A model generated the notes under the pieces. That model saw nothing but the letters and a program-made list of their open reading frames with translations, searched no databases and was not told the origin of the DNA. A DNA stretch of 60,201 bases from Stellaceae bacterium (GTDB lineage: Bacteria > Pseudomonadota > Alphaproteobacteria > ATCC43930 > CGMCC-115725). Of the stretch, positions 27,111 to 39,134 are shown piece after piece. Made by a program: the position numbers and the translations under genes. Position 1 is the first letter of the stretch. Every line of letters begins with the position of its first letter. Where the stretch lies: assembly GCA_035263705.1 (NCBI GenBank), contig DATFRA010000285.1, positions 1 to 60,201 on the forward strand. The letters are read 5' to 3'.

Positions 27111-27832
27111 GGCTTGCGCTTCCAGCGCTTGTAGGCGACCGGCACCAGGGCGAGGAGGCCGAGACCGATCAGCGGCAGCAGGATGTGCCGCTGAAAGACC
27201 AGGTGCAGATCGGGCTTCTCGCCTCGGTCGAGGAATTCGCCGAGGCCGCCGCCAACGCTAGTGTAGACGACGGCGCCCGGAAGTATCCCGAAGAAAGTGC
27301 AGAGGACATAGGCGCCGAGCGACATGCCGAAGAGCGCGGGCACCAGGTTCACCAGCCAGAACGGAAACAGCGGAACCAGGCGGAGGACCAGCAGATAGCT
27401 CACGGCATCCCGCCGGAAGCCTTCCTCGACCTTCTTGAGGAACGGACCCGCGCGCCGGTGCAGCACCTCGCCGAAGGCGGAGCGCGCCACCAGGAAGACG
27501 AGCGTCGCCCCGATGGTGGCGCCGAGCACGTTGAAGAGCGTGCCCAGCACCGTGCCGAACAGGAAACCGCCGCTGAGGGTCATGATGGTAGCACCGGGGA
27601 TCGAGAGCGCCGCCACCGTCGCGTAGAGCGCGATGAACGCCAGCGGCGCCCAGACGCCGAGCGCCGCCACCTGGGCGAGGATCCATTCGCGGTGCGCCTC
27701 GAGCGCGTGGAAGCTCACGTAGCGATGGGCGCCCGAGAGCCAAGCCGCGATCCCCGCGGCCACCAGCACGGCAAGCGGCAACCAGCGCTTGATGCCCGCA
27801 GGTTCGGGAGCGGGGTTTCCTTCCTGGTCCAT
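27107..27832 (-). CDS. TVP38/TMEM64 (DedA-related, SNARE-associated) membrane protein
   Basis: 241 aa, polytopic, with the conserved ...PG....L.GG.LFG motif region. Its stop overlaps the downstream oxidoreductase start by 4 nt. Confidence 0.8.
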   Translation of the reverse strand: MDQEGNPAPEPAGIKRWLPLAVLVAAGIAAWLSGAHRYVSFHALEAHREWILAQVAALGVWAPLAFIALYATVAALSIPGATIMTLSGGFLFGTVLGTLFNVLGATIGATLVFLVARSAFGEVLHRRAGPFLKKVEEGFRRDAVSYLLVLRLVPLFPFWLVNLVPALFGMSLGAYVLCTFFGILPGAVVYTSVGGGLGEFLDRGEKPDLHLVFQRHILLPLIGLGLLALVPVAYKRWKRKP

Positions 27833-27936
27833 CGCCGGTCAACCGCTCTCCCGCATGAGGTGGAAACGCGATCCTAGGCGCCACGGAGAGCGAGCCGCAT
27901 CACCTTGCCGTGACGCCCGGTTGCAGCCCCGCAACG

Positions 27937-27965
27937 TTGACTTCGCCCCCCTGCTCCCGTATACA
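27937..27965 (+). promoter_or_regulatory. Candidate sigma-70-type promoter for the rpmH operon
   Basis: TTGACT (27937-27942), a 17-nt spacer, then TATACA (27960-27965), about 44 nt upstream of the rpmH start. Confidence 0.45.
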
Positions 27966-28008
27966 GCGGCCTCGTTTTCCTGAGAAGCCGCAGCCGGAGT
28001 CTGGCCCC

Positions 28009-28143
28009 GTGAAGCGCCCCTATCAACCGAGCAAGCTCATCCGCAAGCGCCGTCATGGCTTTCGCTCCCGCATGGCGACGGTGGGTGGCCGCAAAGTGCT
28101 CGCGAGCCGGCGCGCGAAGGGACGCAAGCGCCTCTCCGCCTGA
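28009..28143 (+). CDS. rpmH: 50S ribosomal protein L34
   Basis: [47 protein letters not shown] start, 44 aa. Confidence 0.95.
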   Translation: MKRPYQPSKLIRKRRHGFRSRMATVGGRKVLASRRAKGRKRLSA

Positions 28144-28166
28144 GCGGAGGAGGCACGCCGCGGGCG

Positions 28167-28529
28167 ATGGCGGCGCTGGAGCGCCTCAAGCGCCGAGCCG
28201 ATTTCCTCCGGGTCGCGGACGGGCGCCGCAAATGGGTGACGCCGGGCTTGATCCTGCAGACGCTCGCGCGCGCTCCCGAGGACGGCGCCGCCGATGCGAT
28301 CCGCGTCGGCTTCACGGCGACCCGGAAGATCGGCAACGCGGTCACGCGCAATCGGGTGCGGCGGCGGCTGCGCTCGGCGGCGACGAGCGTGATGGCGCGC
28401 CACGCGGCGGCGGGCTTCGACTACGTGCTGATCGCGCGGGCGGAGACCCCGACGCGGCCCTACGCGGCGCTGATCGGCGACCTCGAGGTGGCGCTGCGAA
28501 GGCTGGGAACCTGGCACGACGGATCGTAG
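28167..28529 (+). CDS. rnpA: Ribonuclease P protein component
   Basis: 120 aa basic protein, immediately after rpmH, with the RNR motif ([13 protein letters not shown]). Confidence 0.9.
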   Translation: MAALERLKRRADFLRVADGRRKWVTPGLILQTLARAPEDGAADAIRVGFTATRKIGNAVTRNRVRRRLRSAATSVMARHAAAGFDYVLIARAETPTRPYAALIGDLEVALRRLGTWHDGS

Positions 28530-28551
28530 TAGGGAGCGAGGAGAGAGTGCT

Positions 28552-28809
28552 GTGCTGACGCCACTACTGCGCGGTCTCATTCGCGGCTACCAGCTCTTCG
28601 TGTCGCCGGTGCTGGGACCATCCTGCCGGTATCTGCCGAGCTGCTCCGACTACGCCGCGGAGGCGATCGGGCGCCACGGCGCTCTCGCAGGGACTTGGCT
28701 CGCGCTCAAGCGTCTCGCGCGCTGCCATCCCTGGGGCGGCAGCGGCTACGATCCCGTGCCGGAGCCGCCCCGGCGCATCCATTCCATCGGCTGCCGGCAC
28801 GGCCACTGA
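28552..28809 (+). CDS. yidD: Membrane protein insertion efficiency factor YidD
   Basis: YQ..VSP.LGP.CRY.PSCS.YA.EAI..HG motif. Confidence 0.9.
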   Translation: MLTPLLRGLIRGYQLFVSPVLGPSCRYLPSCSDYAAEAIGRHGALAGTWLALKRLARCHPWGGSGYDPVPEPPRRIHSIGCRHGH

Positions 28810-28822
28810 GGCGCGCGAGATC

Positions 28823-30619
28823 ATGGAAGAGCAACAAAAGAACCTGTTCATCGCGATGACGCTGATCCTGCTCATCTTCATCGTCTCGCCGCTGATCCAG
28901 CAGTTCTTCTTCGGAAAACCGCCGGCGCCCGTGCAACAGCAGACGCAGACGGCGCCCGCGAGCGGCGGGTCGGCGCCACAGGGCGCACCGGCGGCGGTGT
29001 CCGGCGCGGCGCCGGCGGTACCGGGTGCCGCGACCAGCACCACGGCCATCGCGGCGCCGAAATCGCGCGCCGAGGTCCTTGGTGAGACCCCGCGGATCCG
29101 CATCGACACACCCAAGCTGCATGGCTCGATCGCGCTCGTGGGCGGTCACCTCGACGATCTCGAGCTCGCCAACTATCACGAGACCATCGACCCCAAGAGC
29201 CCCGAGATCGTGCTGCTGTCGCCGCGCGGCGCGCCGGACCCCTACTTCATCGATGTCGGCTGGTCCTCGGGCGACAAGTCGATGCCCGTGCCGACCGATG
29301 AGACTCGTTGGACGGCAACCAACGAGGGCGCGCTCACACCAGCGCATCCGGTGGAGCTTACCTGGGACAACGGCAAGGGCCTCACCTTCACGCGCCGGAT
29401 CGCGGTCGACGACAACTATCTCTTCACGGTGACTCAGAGTGTCGCCAATCACGGCGAGGCCGCCGTCACGCTCTATCCCTATGGCTTTATCTGGCGCGAG
29501 GGGACGCCGCCGGTTTCGCCGAGCTACCTTCTCCACGAGGGGCCGATCGGCGTCATCGACGGCACGCTCAAGGAGGTGAAATACACCTCGCTCAAGGGCG
29601 AAAAGCCGATCGAGCAGAGCACGACCGGCGGCTGGCTCGGCTTCACCGACAAATATTGGCTGACCGCCCTAATCCCCGATCAGACGACGGAGGTGAAGAC
29701 GGGTTTCCGCTTCACCGGCACCACCGACGCACGCGCAATCGAACGCTATCAGACCGATTATCTCGGCAACGCCGTCACCCTGCCGCAGGGCGGCACGGCC
29801 GGGACTTCCGACCATATCTTCGCCGGCGCCAAGGAAGTGAAGCTCCTCGACCAGTACCAGGCGGCGCTCGGCATTCCGCGCTTCGACCGCGCGATCGATT
29901 TCGGCTGGTTCTATTGGATCACCAAGCCGATCTTCCTGTTCCTCGATTTCCTCTACGGGCTGATCGGCAACTTCGGCATCGCGATCATGGTGCTGACGCT
30001 CACCATCAAGCTCATCTTCTTCCCGCTCGCCAACCGCTCGTATCGCGCGATGAGCAAGATGAAGCTGCTGCAGCCGGAGATCCAGAAGCTCCGCGACAAG
30101 TACGGCGAGGACAAGGCCAGGCTCAACCAGGAAGTGATGGCGCTCTACAAGCGCGTCGGCGCCAATCCGATGGCGGGCTGCCTGCCCATCTTCGTACAGA
30201 TCCCGGTGTTCTTCTCGCTCTACAAAGTGCTCTACGTCACCATCGAGATGCGCCAGGCGCCGTTCTACGGCTGGATCCACGACCTCTCGGTGCCCGATCA
30301 CACGACGTGGCTCAACCTGTTCGGCCTCATTCCCTGGGATCCCAGCATCACCTTCGCGTTGCCGGTGATCGGTAGCTTGCTGGCGCTCGTCTCGATCGGC
30401 GCGTGGCCGCTCATCATGGGCGTCACGATGTTCCTGCAGCAGAAGCTCAATCCCGCGCCGGCCGACCCCGTGCAGGCCAAGATGATGATGGCGCTGCCGA
30501 TCGTGTTCACCTTCATGCTGGGCCAGTTCGCCGCGGGCCTGGTGATCTACTGGTCCTGGAACAACTTGCTCTCGATCGCCCAGCAATGGGTGATCATGCG
30601 CCGCGCGGGAGCCGCTTAG
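28823..30619 (+). CDS. yidC: Membrane protein insertase YidC
   Basis: 598 aa with an N-terminal anchor, a large periplasmic domain, and the C-terminal 5-TM core with PLANRSYRAM.KM..LQPE motif. Confidence 0.95.
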   Translation: MEEQQKNLFIAMTLILLIFIVSPLIQQFFFGKPPAPVQQQTQTAPASGGSAPQGAPAAVSGAAPAVPGAATSTTAIAAPKSRAEVLGETPRIRIDTPKLHGSIALVGGHLDDLELANYHETIDPKSPEIVLLSPRGAPDPYFIDVGWSSGDKSMPVPTDETRWTATNEGALTPAHPVELTWDNGKGLTFTRRIAVDDNYLFTVTQSVANHGEAAVTLYPYGFIWREGTPPVSPSYLLHEGPIGVIDGTLKEVKYTSLKGEKPIEQSTTGGWLGFTDKYWLTALIPDQTTEVKTGFRFTGTTDARAIERYQTDYLGNAVTLPQGGTAGTSDHIFAGAKEVKLLDQYQAALGIPRFDRAIDFGWFYWITKPIFLFLDFLYGLIGNFGIAIMVLTLTIKLIFFPLANRSYRAMSKMKLLQPEIQKLRDKYGEDKARLNQEVMALYKRVGANPMAGCLPIFVQIPVFFSLYKVLYVTIEMRQAPFYGWIHDLSVPDHTTWLNLFGLIPWDPSITFALPVIGSLLALVSIGAWPLIMGVTMFLQQKLNPAPADPVQAKMMMALPIVFTFMLGQFAAGLVIYWSWNNLLSIAQQWVIMRRAGAA

Positions 30620-30638
30620 ACAGAGAGGGGGCGCGTGC

Positions 30639-31313
30639 ATGACGGCGGATGTGCCGAGCACGGTCTATCCGCCGGCGCACGCGCGCGACGCGCAAGCGAT
30701 CGAGGTGGGTCGCGTGCTCTTCGCCGGTCCCTGCGACTTCGTGGCGGGTGCCTTGACCGCGGATCAGATTCCACCGGACACGCTCCCCGAGATCGCTTTC
30801 GCCGGCCGCTCCAATGTCGGCAAGTCGAGCCTCTTGAACGCGATCACGGGACGCGCCGCGCTCGCGCGCGTCTCCAACACGCCCGGGCGCACGCGCCAGC
30901 TCAACTTCTTCTCGCTCGGCGGCAAGCTCATGCTGGTGGACCTGCCGGGCTACGGCTATGCCGAGGCGCCCAAGCACGAGATCGCGCGCTGGTCCGAGCT
31001 CCTGCGCATCTACCTCAAGGGCCGCGCGAGCCTCCGCCGCACCCTGCTGCTGGTGGATGCGCGCCATGGCCTCAAGCCGATCGACGACCCCCTGATGACC
31101 CTGCTCGACGAGTCCGCGGTCTCGTTCCAAGTGGTGCTTACCAAGGTCGACAAGCTCTCGCCGAAGACTTTGGCCCAGCGGCTCGAGACCACGGCGGCGG
31201 CGCTCAAGAGCCACGTCGCCGCGCACCCCGCGATTCATGCGACTTCCGCGCAGGCAGACACCGGCCTCGCCGAGCTCCGCGCGGAATTAGCCCCGCTGGC
31301 GACCACGGCCTAG
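30639..31313 (+). CDS. yihA: Ribosome biogenesis GTP-binding protein YsxC/EngB
   Basis: G1 [10 protein letters not shown]3 DLPGYG, G4 TKVDK. Confidence 0.9.
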   Translation: MTADVPSTVYPPAHARDAQAIEVGRVLFAGPCDFVAGALTADQIPPDTLPEIAFAGRSNVGKSSLLNAITGRAALARVSNTPGRTRQLNFFSLGGKLMLVDLPGYGYAEAPKHEIARWSELLRIYLKGRASLRRTLLLVDARHGLKPIDDPLMTLLDESAVSFQVVLTKVDKLSPKTLAQRLETTAAALKSHVAAHPAIHATSAQADTGLAELRAELAPLATTA

Positions 31314-31354
31314 GCTTGCTACTCTCGCGCGCCGCAACCGATCGAGACTCTTCC

Positions 31355-32242
31355 ATGACGGTCGAGCCCAACACCCGCGCCGCCGTGCTGTCGGAGGCCT
31401 TGCCGTTCTTCCGGCGCTACTCCGGCAAGACGGTGGTGGTGAAATACGGCGGCCACGCCATGGGCGACGAGATCGTCGCGGAGCGCTTCGCGAGCGACAT
31501 CGTGCTGCTGAAGCAGGTCGGCATCAATCCGATCGTCGTGCACGGCGGCGGACCGCAGATCGGCCAGATGCTGAAGCGGCTCCGCATCAAGAGCGACTTC
31601 ATCGACGGGCTGCGAGTCACCGACCGCGCCACCGTCGAGATCGTCGAGATGGTGCTCTCGGGCTCGATCAACAAGCAGATCGTCTCCGCGATCAACGAGC
31701 GCGGCGGCTATGCGATCGGGCTTTCCGGCAAGGACGCGAGCCTGATCCGCGCGCGCAAGCTCACGCGCACCAAGGTCGACCCCGATTCGCACATCGAGAA
31801 GGTGCTCGACCTCGGCTTCGTGGGCGAGCCCGCGGCGATCAATGCGACCGTGCTGGAGACGCTCCGGAACTCCGCGATCATCCCGGTGATCGCGCCGATC
31901 GGCGTCGGCGACGACGGCCAGACCTACAACATCAATGCCGACACGGTGGCGGGCGCCGTCGCGGGCGCGGTCAAGGCCGCGCGCTTCCTGCTGCTGACGG
32001 ACGTCGCGGGCGTGCTCGACAAGTCGAAGAGGCTGATCCCCGAGCTCACCGCCGACGAGTCGCGCCGGCTCATCGAGGATGGCACGATCGCCGGCGGCAT
32101 GATCCCCAAGGTCGAGACCTGCCTGCAGGCATTGGCCGACGGCGTCGAGGCCGCGGTCATCGTCGACGGCCGCGTGCAACACGCGATCCTCCTCGAGCTC
32201 TTCGCCGAGGGCGGCGCCGGCACCCTGATCAAGCGCCGATGA
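31355..32242 (+). CDS. argB: Acetylglutamate kinase
   Basis: [10 protein letters not shown]...VHGGGPQI...NINADT motifs. ATG at 31355. Confidence 0.95.
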   Translation: MTVEPNTRAAVLSEALPFFRRYSGKTVVVKYGGHAMGDEIVAERFASDIVLLKQVGINPIVVHGGGPQIGQMLKRLRIKSDFIDGLRVTDRATVEIVEMVLSGSINKQIVSAINERGGYAIGLSGKDASLIRARKLTRTKVDPDSHIEKVLDLGFVGEPAAINATVLETLRNSAIIPVIAPIGVGDDGQTYNINADTVAGAVAGAVKAARFLLLTDVAGVLDKSKRLIPELTADESRRLIEDGTIAGGMIPKVETCLQALADGVEAAVIVDGRVQHAILLELFAEGGAGTLIKRR

Positions 32243-32673
32243 GCACGCCCACCGTCCTCGGGCTCGATCACGTGGTGCTGCGGGTCACCGACCTCGACCG
32301 CGCCCGCGATTTCTATTGCGACGTGCTCGGCTGCCGCGTCGAGGTGTTCCAGAAGAAGATCGGGCTCTTGCAGCTCCGCGCCGGCGATTCGCTGATCGAT
32401 CTCGTGCCGGTGGATAGCCAGCTCGGCCGCATGGGCGGCGCGGCACCCGGCAGCGAAGGCCGCAACATGGATCACTTCTGCCTGCGCGTGAAACCGTTCG
32501 ACGCGGCGGCGATCATCGCGCATCTCCGGGCGCACGGTGTCGATCCCGGCAAGGTCGAGCAGCGCTACGGCGCCGAAGGTATGGGTCCCTCGATCTATCT
32601 CAGGGACCCCGACGGCAATGTGGTGGAGCTCAAGGGCCCCGCCACCTCGAAGGAGCCGCCCACGGGCACATGA
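32239..32673 (+). CDS. VOC (glyoxalase/bleomycin-resistance/dioxygenase) family protein
   Basis: [18 protein letters not shown]...HFCLRV...DPDGN.VEL. ATGA overlap with argB. Confidence 0.8.
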   Translation: MSTPTVLGLDHVVLRVTDLDRARDFYCDVLGCRVEVFQKKIGLLQLRAGDSLIDLVPVDSQLGRMGGAAPGSEGRNMDHFCLRVKPFDAAAIIAHLRAHGVDPGKVEQRYGAEGMGPSIYLRDPDGNVVELKGPATSKEPPTGT

Positions 32674-33401
32674 ACGCGCGCACGCCCAACGGCGGCCGGC
32701 CGCTCCGGGAGATCGAGACCTGGGTCTTCGATCTCGACAACACGCTCTATCCGCACTCTTGCAACCTCTTTTCGGAGGTCGAGGCGCGCATGGCCGAGTT
32801 CATGTGCGCGGAGTTCGGCATCGACACCGAGGCCGCGCACGCCATGCGCCGGCGCTATTTTATGACCTACGGCACCACGCTCCGCGGGCTCATGAACGAG
32901 AACGGCATCGATCCGCGGCGCTTTCTCGACTACGTCCACCAGATCGACGTGACGCCGGTGCAGCCCGCGCCGAAGCTCAAGGCGGCGCTCAGGGCGCTCG
33001 AAGGCCGCAAGCTCATCTTCACCAACGCCGATCACCGGCACGCGGAGCGCGTGCTCGAGCGCCTCGGCCTTGCCGACGCCTTCGAGGCCGTGTTCGACAT
33101 CCATCAGGCGGACTACCTGCCGAAGCCCAATCACGCCGCCTACGCGATGTTCATCGAGCGCTTCGCGGTCGAGCCGCGCAGCGCCGCCATGGTCGAGGAC
33201 ATCGCACCCAATCTGGTGCCCGCGCACGCGCTCGGCATGACCACGGTCTGGATTCCCGGCGGCCCCGACTGGACCCAAGCGCAGCCCGACGCGCCCCACG
33301 TCCACCACGTCGTCGAGGACCTCGCGGCCTGGCTCGCTGAGGTGCCCGCCGCTCGACCCAAGCGCCGCAAGACCGGTGAGCCTAAACGACGTTCTGCCTG
33401 A
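32670..33401 (+). CDS. Pyrimidine 5'-nucleotidase (HAD superfamily)
   Basis: WVFDLDNTLY nucleophile motif, FTNAD motif, and a family-typical C-terminus. ATGA overlap with the VOC gene. Confidence 0.8.
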   Translation: MNARTPNGGRPLREIETWVFDLDNTLYPHSCNLFSEVEARMAEFMCAEFGIDTEAAHAMRRRYFMTYGTTLRGLMNENGIDPRRFLDYVHQIDVTPVQPAPKLKAALRALEGRKLIFTNADHRHAERVLERLGLADAFEAVFDIHQADYLPKPNHAAYAMFIERFAVEPRSAAMVEDIAPNLVPAHALGMTTVWIPGGPDWTQAQPDAPHVHHVVEDLAAWLAEVPAARPKRRKTGEPKRRSA

Positions 33402-33555
33402 TCACGTTTGGTGCCACACCGAAGGCCGCGCGGAGCCTCGCGTAGTGGTCGGGTTTTCGCGGGCTCTGGCTGCACGAAGGCACTGCGACCGTTGACATCG
33501 CGCAGGCGTCGCCGCATGTTTCGCCCGCCTTTTCAATAGCTAGCCCGGCATTTTC

Positions 33556-34409
<854 letters not shown>

Positions 34410-34413
<4 letters not shown>

Positions 34414-35582
34414 CCGTCCAGGAGAAGCCGGAGGCCGTCGACCCCGCGGCGCTCGCGGCCGAGCTCATCCGCTGCGCCAGCGTGACACCCAAGGACGAGG
34501 GCGCCATCGACGTGCTTGCGCGCACCCTCGAGAGGCTGGGTTTCGCCTGCACCAAGCTCGAGTTCACCGAGCCCGGCACCGAGCCGGTGCTCAACCTCTA
34601 CGCGCGCCTCGGCCGCACCGGCCGGAATTTCTGCTTCGCGGGCCACACCGACGTGGTGCCGGTCGGGCGGCGCGAGTCCTGGACCGTCGATCCCTTCGGC
34701 GCCGAGGTGATCAACGGCGCGCTCTACGGCCGCGGCGCGGCCGACATGAAGGGTGGCATCGCCGCCTTCGTCGCGGCGGTCTCGCGCTTCCTCGGCTCGC
34801 GCGGCGGCGCTTTCGACGGCTCGATCAGCCTGCTGATCACCGGCGACGAGGAGGGCGTCTCCATCAACGGCACCAAGAAGGTGTTGGACTGGCTCCGGGA
34901 GCAGGGCGAGACGCTCGATGCCTGCGTCGTGGGCGAGCCTACCAGCGCCAAGGTGCTGGGCGACATGGTCAAGATCGGCCGGCGCGGCAGCATGAGCGCT
35001 ACGGTCACCATCAAGGGCGTGCAGGGCCACACGGCCTATCCGCACCTCGCCGACAACCCCATCCATCGCATGGTGAAGGTGCTCCATAGCCTTACCACCG
35101 AGCCGCTCGACAACGGCACCGAGCATTTCCAGCCCTCGACCCTGCAGGTCACCACCACCGACGTCGGCAATCCCGCCTCCAACGTGATCCCCGGCGAGGC
35201 GCGCGCCACCTTCAACATCCGCTTCAACGACCGCTGGTCCTCGAAGACGCTCACGGAATGGATCGAGGGCACGCTCGCAGCCGCCGGCGGCAACCGCGAG
35301 CTCAAGATCCAGGTGAGCGGCGAATCCTTCCTGACGCTGCCGGGAGTGGTTAGCAACATCCTGAAGCGCGCCATCGAGCAAGTCATGGGCCGCACGCCCG
35401 AGCTCAGCACCACCGGCGGCACCTCGGACGCACGCTTCATTCACCGGTACTGCCCGGTGGCGGAATTCGGCCTCGTCGGCCTCACCATGCACAAGGTGGA
35501 CGAGCGCGTGCCCGTCGCCGATCTCGCGGCGCTCGCCGACATCTATCGCGCGGTGCTCGATCTCTACTTCCCGGCGGCCTGA
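34410..35582 (+). CDS. dapE: Succinyl-diaminopimelate desuccinylase
   Basis: M20 peptidase motifs ([23 protein letters not shown]). ATGA overlap with dapD. Confidence 0.9.
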
Positions 35583-35589
35583 GCCGGCG

Positions 35590-36207
35590 ATGCCGAGCCT
35601 CGCCGAGATCTGGCGCGCGCTCCACGGCGCTTGGCGGTTGGCCTTCCTCGACACGCGCGGCTTGGCCGATTTCGACGGCAGCCGGAGCGGTGGGCTGCGT
35701 TCCTTCTGGGCGATCGCGCTGGTGCTGCCGCTCACGGTCGCGAGCATCGCGATCAAGCAGTTCTTCCCCGGCAGCGAGCCTGCGGCACCCCACAACGACC
35801 TCGTCGAGCTCGCGGGATCGTTGGTCGCCTGGCTAGTCCTGATGGCCGTGATGTACGGCCTCGTTGTATGGTACGGACGGGTCGAGCGGTTCTGGCTCTT
35901 TGTCGCCAGCTACAACTGGACCCAGGTGCCGCTCACCGCGGTGATCCTGCTGAGCGTGGCGCTGTTCGCCGGCACGAGCGCCCTGGTCGATCCCAATGCC
36001 GATGCCGAGACCACCCCGATTCTCGCCTCGTCCGTCGCCCATATCGCCTTCGGGATCGCTTTTACCCTGCAGCTCGGCACCCTCGTCTACGAGTGGTATG
36101 TGGCGTGGGCCGCCCTCGATTCCGGCGTTCCCTTGCCGATCATCGTGGTGCTGCTCGATGTCGTGATGGGACTGGGACTGAGCCATATCTCGACGGCGTT
36201 CGCTTGA
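35590..36207 (+). CDS. Hypothetical polytopic membrane protein
   Basis: 205 aa with 4-5 hydrophobic segments and no motif I recognise. It starts 8 nt after dapE. Confidence 0.55.
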   Translation: MPSLAEIWRALHGAWRLAFLDTRGLADFDGSRSGGLRSFWAIALVLPLTVASIAIKQFFPGSEPAAPHNDLVELAGSLVAWLVLMAVMYGLVVWYGRVERFWLFVASYNWTQVPLTAVILLSVALFAGTSALVDPNADAETTPILASSVAHIAFGIAFTLQLGTLVYEWYVAWAALDSGVPLPIIVVLLDVVMGLGLSHISTAFA

Positions 36208-36830
36208 CGTCGGCGGGCGGGGAGACTCGCGCCCGGATCTCCGAGGCGCTTGCCCTGATTCTGGTGAGCCACACGGCGGCGCGGATCACCGTGGGCGACC
36301 TTCTCGATGCGCTCGCCGATCACGGCTTCGGCTTACTCATCCTCGTGCCGGCGCTGCTCAACGCGATTCCGGGTCCGCACATCCCCGGCTTCTCGCTGCC
36401 CTTCGCGATCGCGTTCGTCGTGCTGGGAGCTCAGCTTGCGCTCGGCTGGTCGTCGCCCTGGGTTCCCCGGCGCGTACGCCGGTGGTCGTTGACCTCGTCA
36501 GGATTCTCCCGCTTCCTCAGCCACGTCCTGCCGATCGTCCGCCGGATCGAGGCCTGGCTCCGGCCGCGGCCGTCCTGGCTCACCGAGCGCGCCGGCGCGA
36601 GGCTGATCGGCGTCGTCATCGTCCTCGAGAGCATCGTTCTCGCCCTGCCGATTCCGTTCGGCAATGCGCCGATCGCCTATGCGCTGGTGATCCTGGCGCT
36701 GGGGCTCATGGAGGAAGACAGCCGTGCCCTCCGGGTGGGCCTCGCCTTGAGCCTTCTCGCGCTCGCCTGGAATGCGGCGCTGATTGCGGGCGGCGTGCTC
36801 GCGATCCTGGAGCTGCTCGGCTACGCCTGA
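36204..36830 (+). CDS. Exopolysaccharide synthesis protein ExoD family
   Basis: [26 protein letters not shown]....GAQL..G...PW.P pattern of the ExoD family. The start is uncertain: a TTG at 36204 overlaps the upstream stop as TTGA. Confidence 0.7.
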   Translation: MTSAGGETRARISEALALILVSHTAARITVGDLLDALADHGFGLLILVPALLNAIPGPHIPGFSLPFAIAFVVLGAQLALGWSSPWVPRRVRRWSLTSSGFSRFLSHVLPIVRRIEAWLRPRPSWLTERAGARLIGVVIVLESIVLALPIPFGNAPIAYALVILALGLMEEDSRALRVGLALSLLALAWNAALIAGGVLAILELLGYA

Positions 36831-37564
36831 TAGATCACGGCGACGAGGCAAAGGCCTTGGGCCGGCGCGGTCGGCCCGCCGGCGCGGCGATCCCGCGCCT
36901 CGAGCGCCCGCTTCACGTGGAGCGGCGACCACTTGCCCAAGCCCACCAGTTTCAGCGTCCCTACGATGTTGCGCACCTGGTGATGCAAGAAGGAGCGCGC
37001 CCGCGCCTCCACCACGACCTCCTCGCCGACTCGTGCCACGTCGAGCGCATCGAGCGTCTTGATCGGCGATTTCGCCTGGCACAGCGTGTCACGGAAAGTG
37101 GTGAAATCGTGCTTGCCGAGGAGATGCCGCGCGCCCTCCTGCATCGCGGTGACATCGAGCGGCGGACCCACGTGCCAGACGCGGTTGCGCTCCAGCGCCG
37201 GCGGCGCGCGCCGGTTCAGGATGCGATAGCGATAGTGCCGGCCACGCGCGGAGGCGCGTGCGCTGAAGCTCGCCGACACCGGCTCGACCGCGAGCACCGA
37301 CACGGCATGCGGCCGCACGTGATGATTGAGCGCGCCGCGGATCTCGTCAGAATCCGTCTCGCGCGGGAGATCGAGATGCGCCACCTGGGCGAGCGCGTGC
37401 ACGCCCGCGTCGGTGCGGCCGGCCCCGTGCACCCGCACGGCCTCGCCGCAGAAGAGCTCGACTGCGGTCTCCAGGATCTCCTGCACCGAGAGCCCGGAAG
37501 CCTGCCGCTGCCAGCCGACGAGGCTGGTGCCGTCGTACTCGAGCGTCAGCTTGTAGCGCGGCAT
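36821..37564 (-). CDS. truA: tRNA pseudouridine(38-40) synthase
   Basis: [13 protein letters not shown]...[11 protein letters not shown] catalytic Asp motif. The start overlaps the fmt stop. Confidence 0.95.
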   Translation of the reverse strand: MPRYKLTLEYDGTSLVGWQRQASGLSVQEILETAVELFCGEAVRVHGAGRTDAGVHALAQVAHLDLPRETDSDEIRGALNHHVRPHAVSVLAVEPVSASFSARASARGRHYRYRILNRRAPPALERNRVWHVGPPLDVTAMQEGARHLLGKHDFTTFRDTLCQAKSPIKTLDALDVARVGEEVVVEARARSFLHHQVRNIVGTLKLVGLGKWSPLHVKRALEARDRRAGGPTAPAQGLCLVAVIYQA

Positions 37565-38484
37565 CAGATCCGTGTGCCCGGCGGGAGGGGGTAGCCGCGC
37601 AGGAACGCCACGGCATCGACCGCCGCGCGGCCCGCCCGCTGCACCTTTCTCAGGCGCAGCGCGCCGGAACCGCAGGCGATGGTGAGGGCATCATCGAGCA
37701 CGGTGCCTGGTCGTGCATCGCCGCGGCTCGCCGCGAGCATCGCCGCCAGCACCTTGATCCGCTCGCCACCACGCTCGAACCACACACCGGGCGCCGGATT
37801 GAGCGCTCGCACCGCGCACTCGAGCTCGGCCGCGGGCTTGCCCCAGTCGAGGCGGCCTTCATCCCGGCCGAGTTTCTTCGCGTAGGTCACGCCCTCCGCG
37901 GGCTGCGGGCGCGGGACGAGCGTACCCTCGGCACGGCCTGCGAGCGCTCGCACGATGAGCCGCGCGCCCAGCGCCGCCAGTTCGTCATGCAGTGCCGCGG
38001 CCGTGGTCTCCGGTCCGATGGGAACGGGCCCCGCGAGTAGCATCGGTCCGGTGTCGAGACCCTCGTCCATCTGCATGATGGTGACGCCCGTCTCTTTGTC
38101 GCCGGCCAGGATCGCGCGCTGGATCGGCGCCGCGCCGCGCCAGCGCGGCAGCAGCGAGGCATGCACATTGAGGCAGCCGAGGCGCGGCGCCTCCAGCACG
38201 GGCTTCGGTAGGATCAAGCCGTACGCCGCCACCGCGGCGGCATCGAGCCCGAGCGCACGGAATTTCTCCTGCTCCGCCGGATCGAGTTTCGCCGGCGTGC
38301 GGACGGGAATGCCCGCCGCCTCCGCCGCGCGGTGCACCGGCGACGGTTGCGCTCGATGCCCTCGGCCAGCGGGCCGCGGCGGCTGGCTATAGACCGCGAC
38401 GACGCGATGTCCCGCTGCCAGCAGCGCCTGCAGGATCGGGACCGCGAAGCCCGGCGTGCCCATGAAGGCGAGGCGGAGCGTCAT
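37564..38484 (-). CDS. fmt: Methionyl-tRNA formyltransferase
   Basis: [31 protein letters not shown] motifs. Confidence 0.95.
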   Translation of the reverse strand: MTLRLAFMGTPGFAVPILQALLAAGHRVVAVYSQPPRPAGRGHRAQPSPVHRAAEAAGIPVRTPAKLDPAEQEKFRALGLDAAAVAAYGLILPKPVLEAPRLGCLNVHASLLPRWRGAAPIQRAILAGDKETGVTIMQMDEGLDTGPMLLAGPVPIGPETTAAALHDELAALGARLIVRALAGRAEGTLVPRPQPAEGVTYAKKLGRDEGRLDWGKPAAELECAVRALNPAPGVWFERGGERIKVLAAMLAASRGDARPGTVLDDALTIACGSGALRLRKVQRAGRAAVDAVAFLRGYPLPPGTRI

Positions 38485-38507
38485 GGGCTCGGCGGCTTCA
38501 GGACCCG

Positions 38508-39059
38508 CTACCTGCCCGGCACACGGATCGGATGACCGGGCGAGATGAAGGCGAATCCTCGGCTACCGCTCGTGCCCACCATGATGGTTTCGATCACTGG
38601 TTCGGAGATCGGTTGGGCGGCGCCCCAATCCACCACGAAATTTGCTCCCGTCCCGCCGCGCACATCGTCGGTCGGGATCAGGACCTCGATGGTGCCGAAC
38701 GGGCGGACCGCCACCGTTTCCGGGACAAAGCGCTCAACCAGATTGCCGCCGGTGTCGTAATAGTCGATGTGCTCCACCACCAGGGGCAGCGTGGCGGACG
38801 TGTTGCGTACGGAGAGGGTCACCGCGAGTTTGAGCTGTGCCGCGCCGCCGGAACCCACCAGGGTCGAATACGCCGGCACGTAAACGCTCTGGCGGAGCGT
38901 GATCTCGGCGGGCGCCGGCGGCGGCACCAGAGAGGATCGAAAGCGCACGAGCGGATCGGATGAGGGCGGCTTGGCGCTCTGGGCCGAGGCAGCACCGGAA
39001 GCGGTGCCCAGCGCCACGGCCGCCAGGAGCAAGAGCATTAGGAGGCGCGGGAATGCCAT
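38508..39059 (-). CDS. Secreted protein, DUF3124-like
   Basis: Signal peptide [26 protein letters not shown]. The mature part (YVPAYS...LSVRNTS...YYD..G) resembles DUF3124. Assignment is from memory of the family pattern. Confidence 0.55.
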   Translation of the reverse strand: MAFPRLLMLLLLAAVALGTASGAASAQSAKPPSSDPLVRFRSSLVPPPAPAEITLRQSVYVPAYSTLVGSGGAAQLKLAVTLSVRNTSATLPLVVEHIDYYDTGGNLVERFVPETVAVRPFGTIEVLIPTDDVRGGTGANFVVDWGAAQPISEPVIETIMVGTSGSRGFAFISPGHPIRVPGR

Positions 39060-39134
39060 GGAAACCTCATCCGAGTGGGGAGGGCGCCGCGATCGATGCC
39101 GCCCATCCTACTTGAGACGGGAGGGGAGGGAAAT

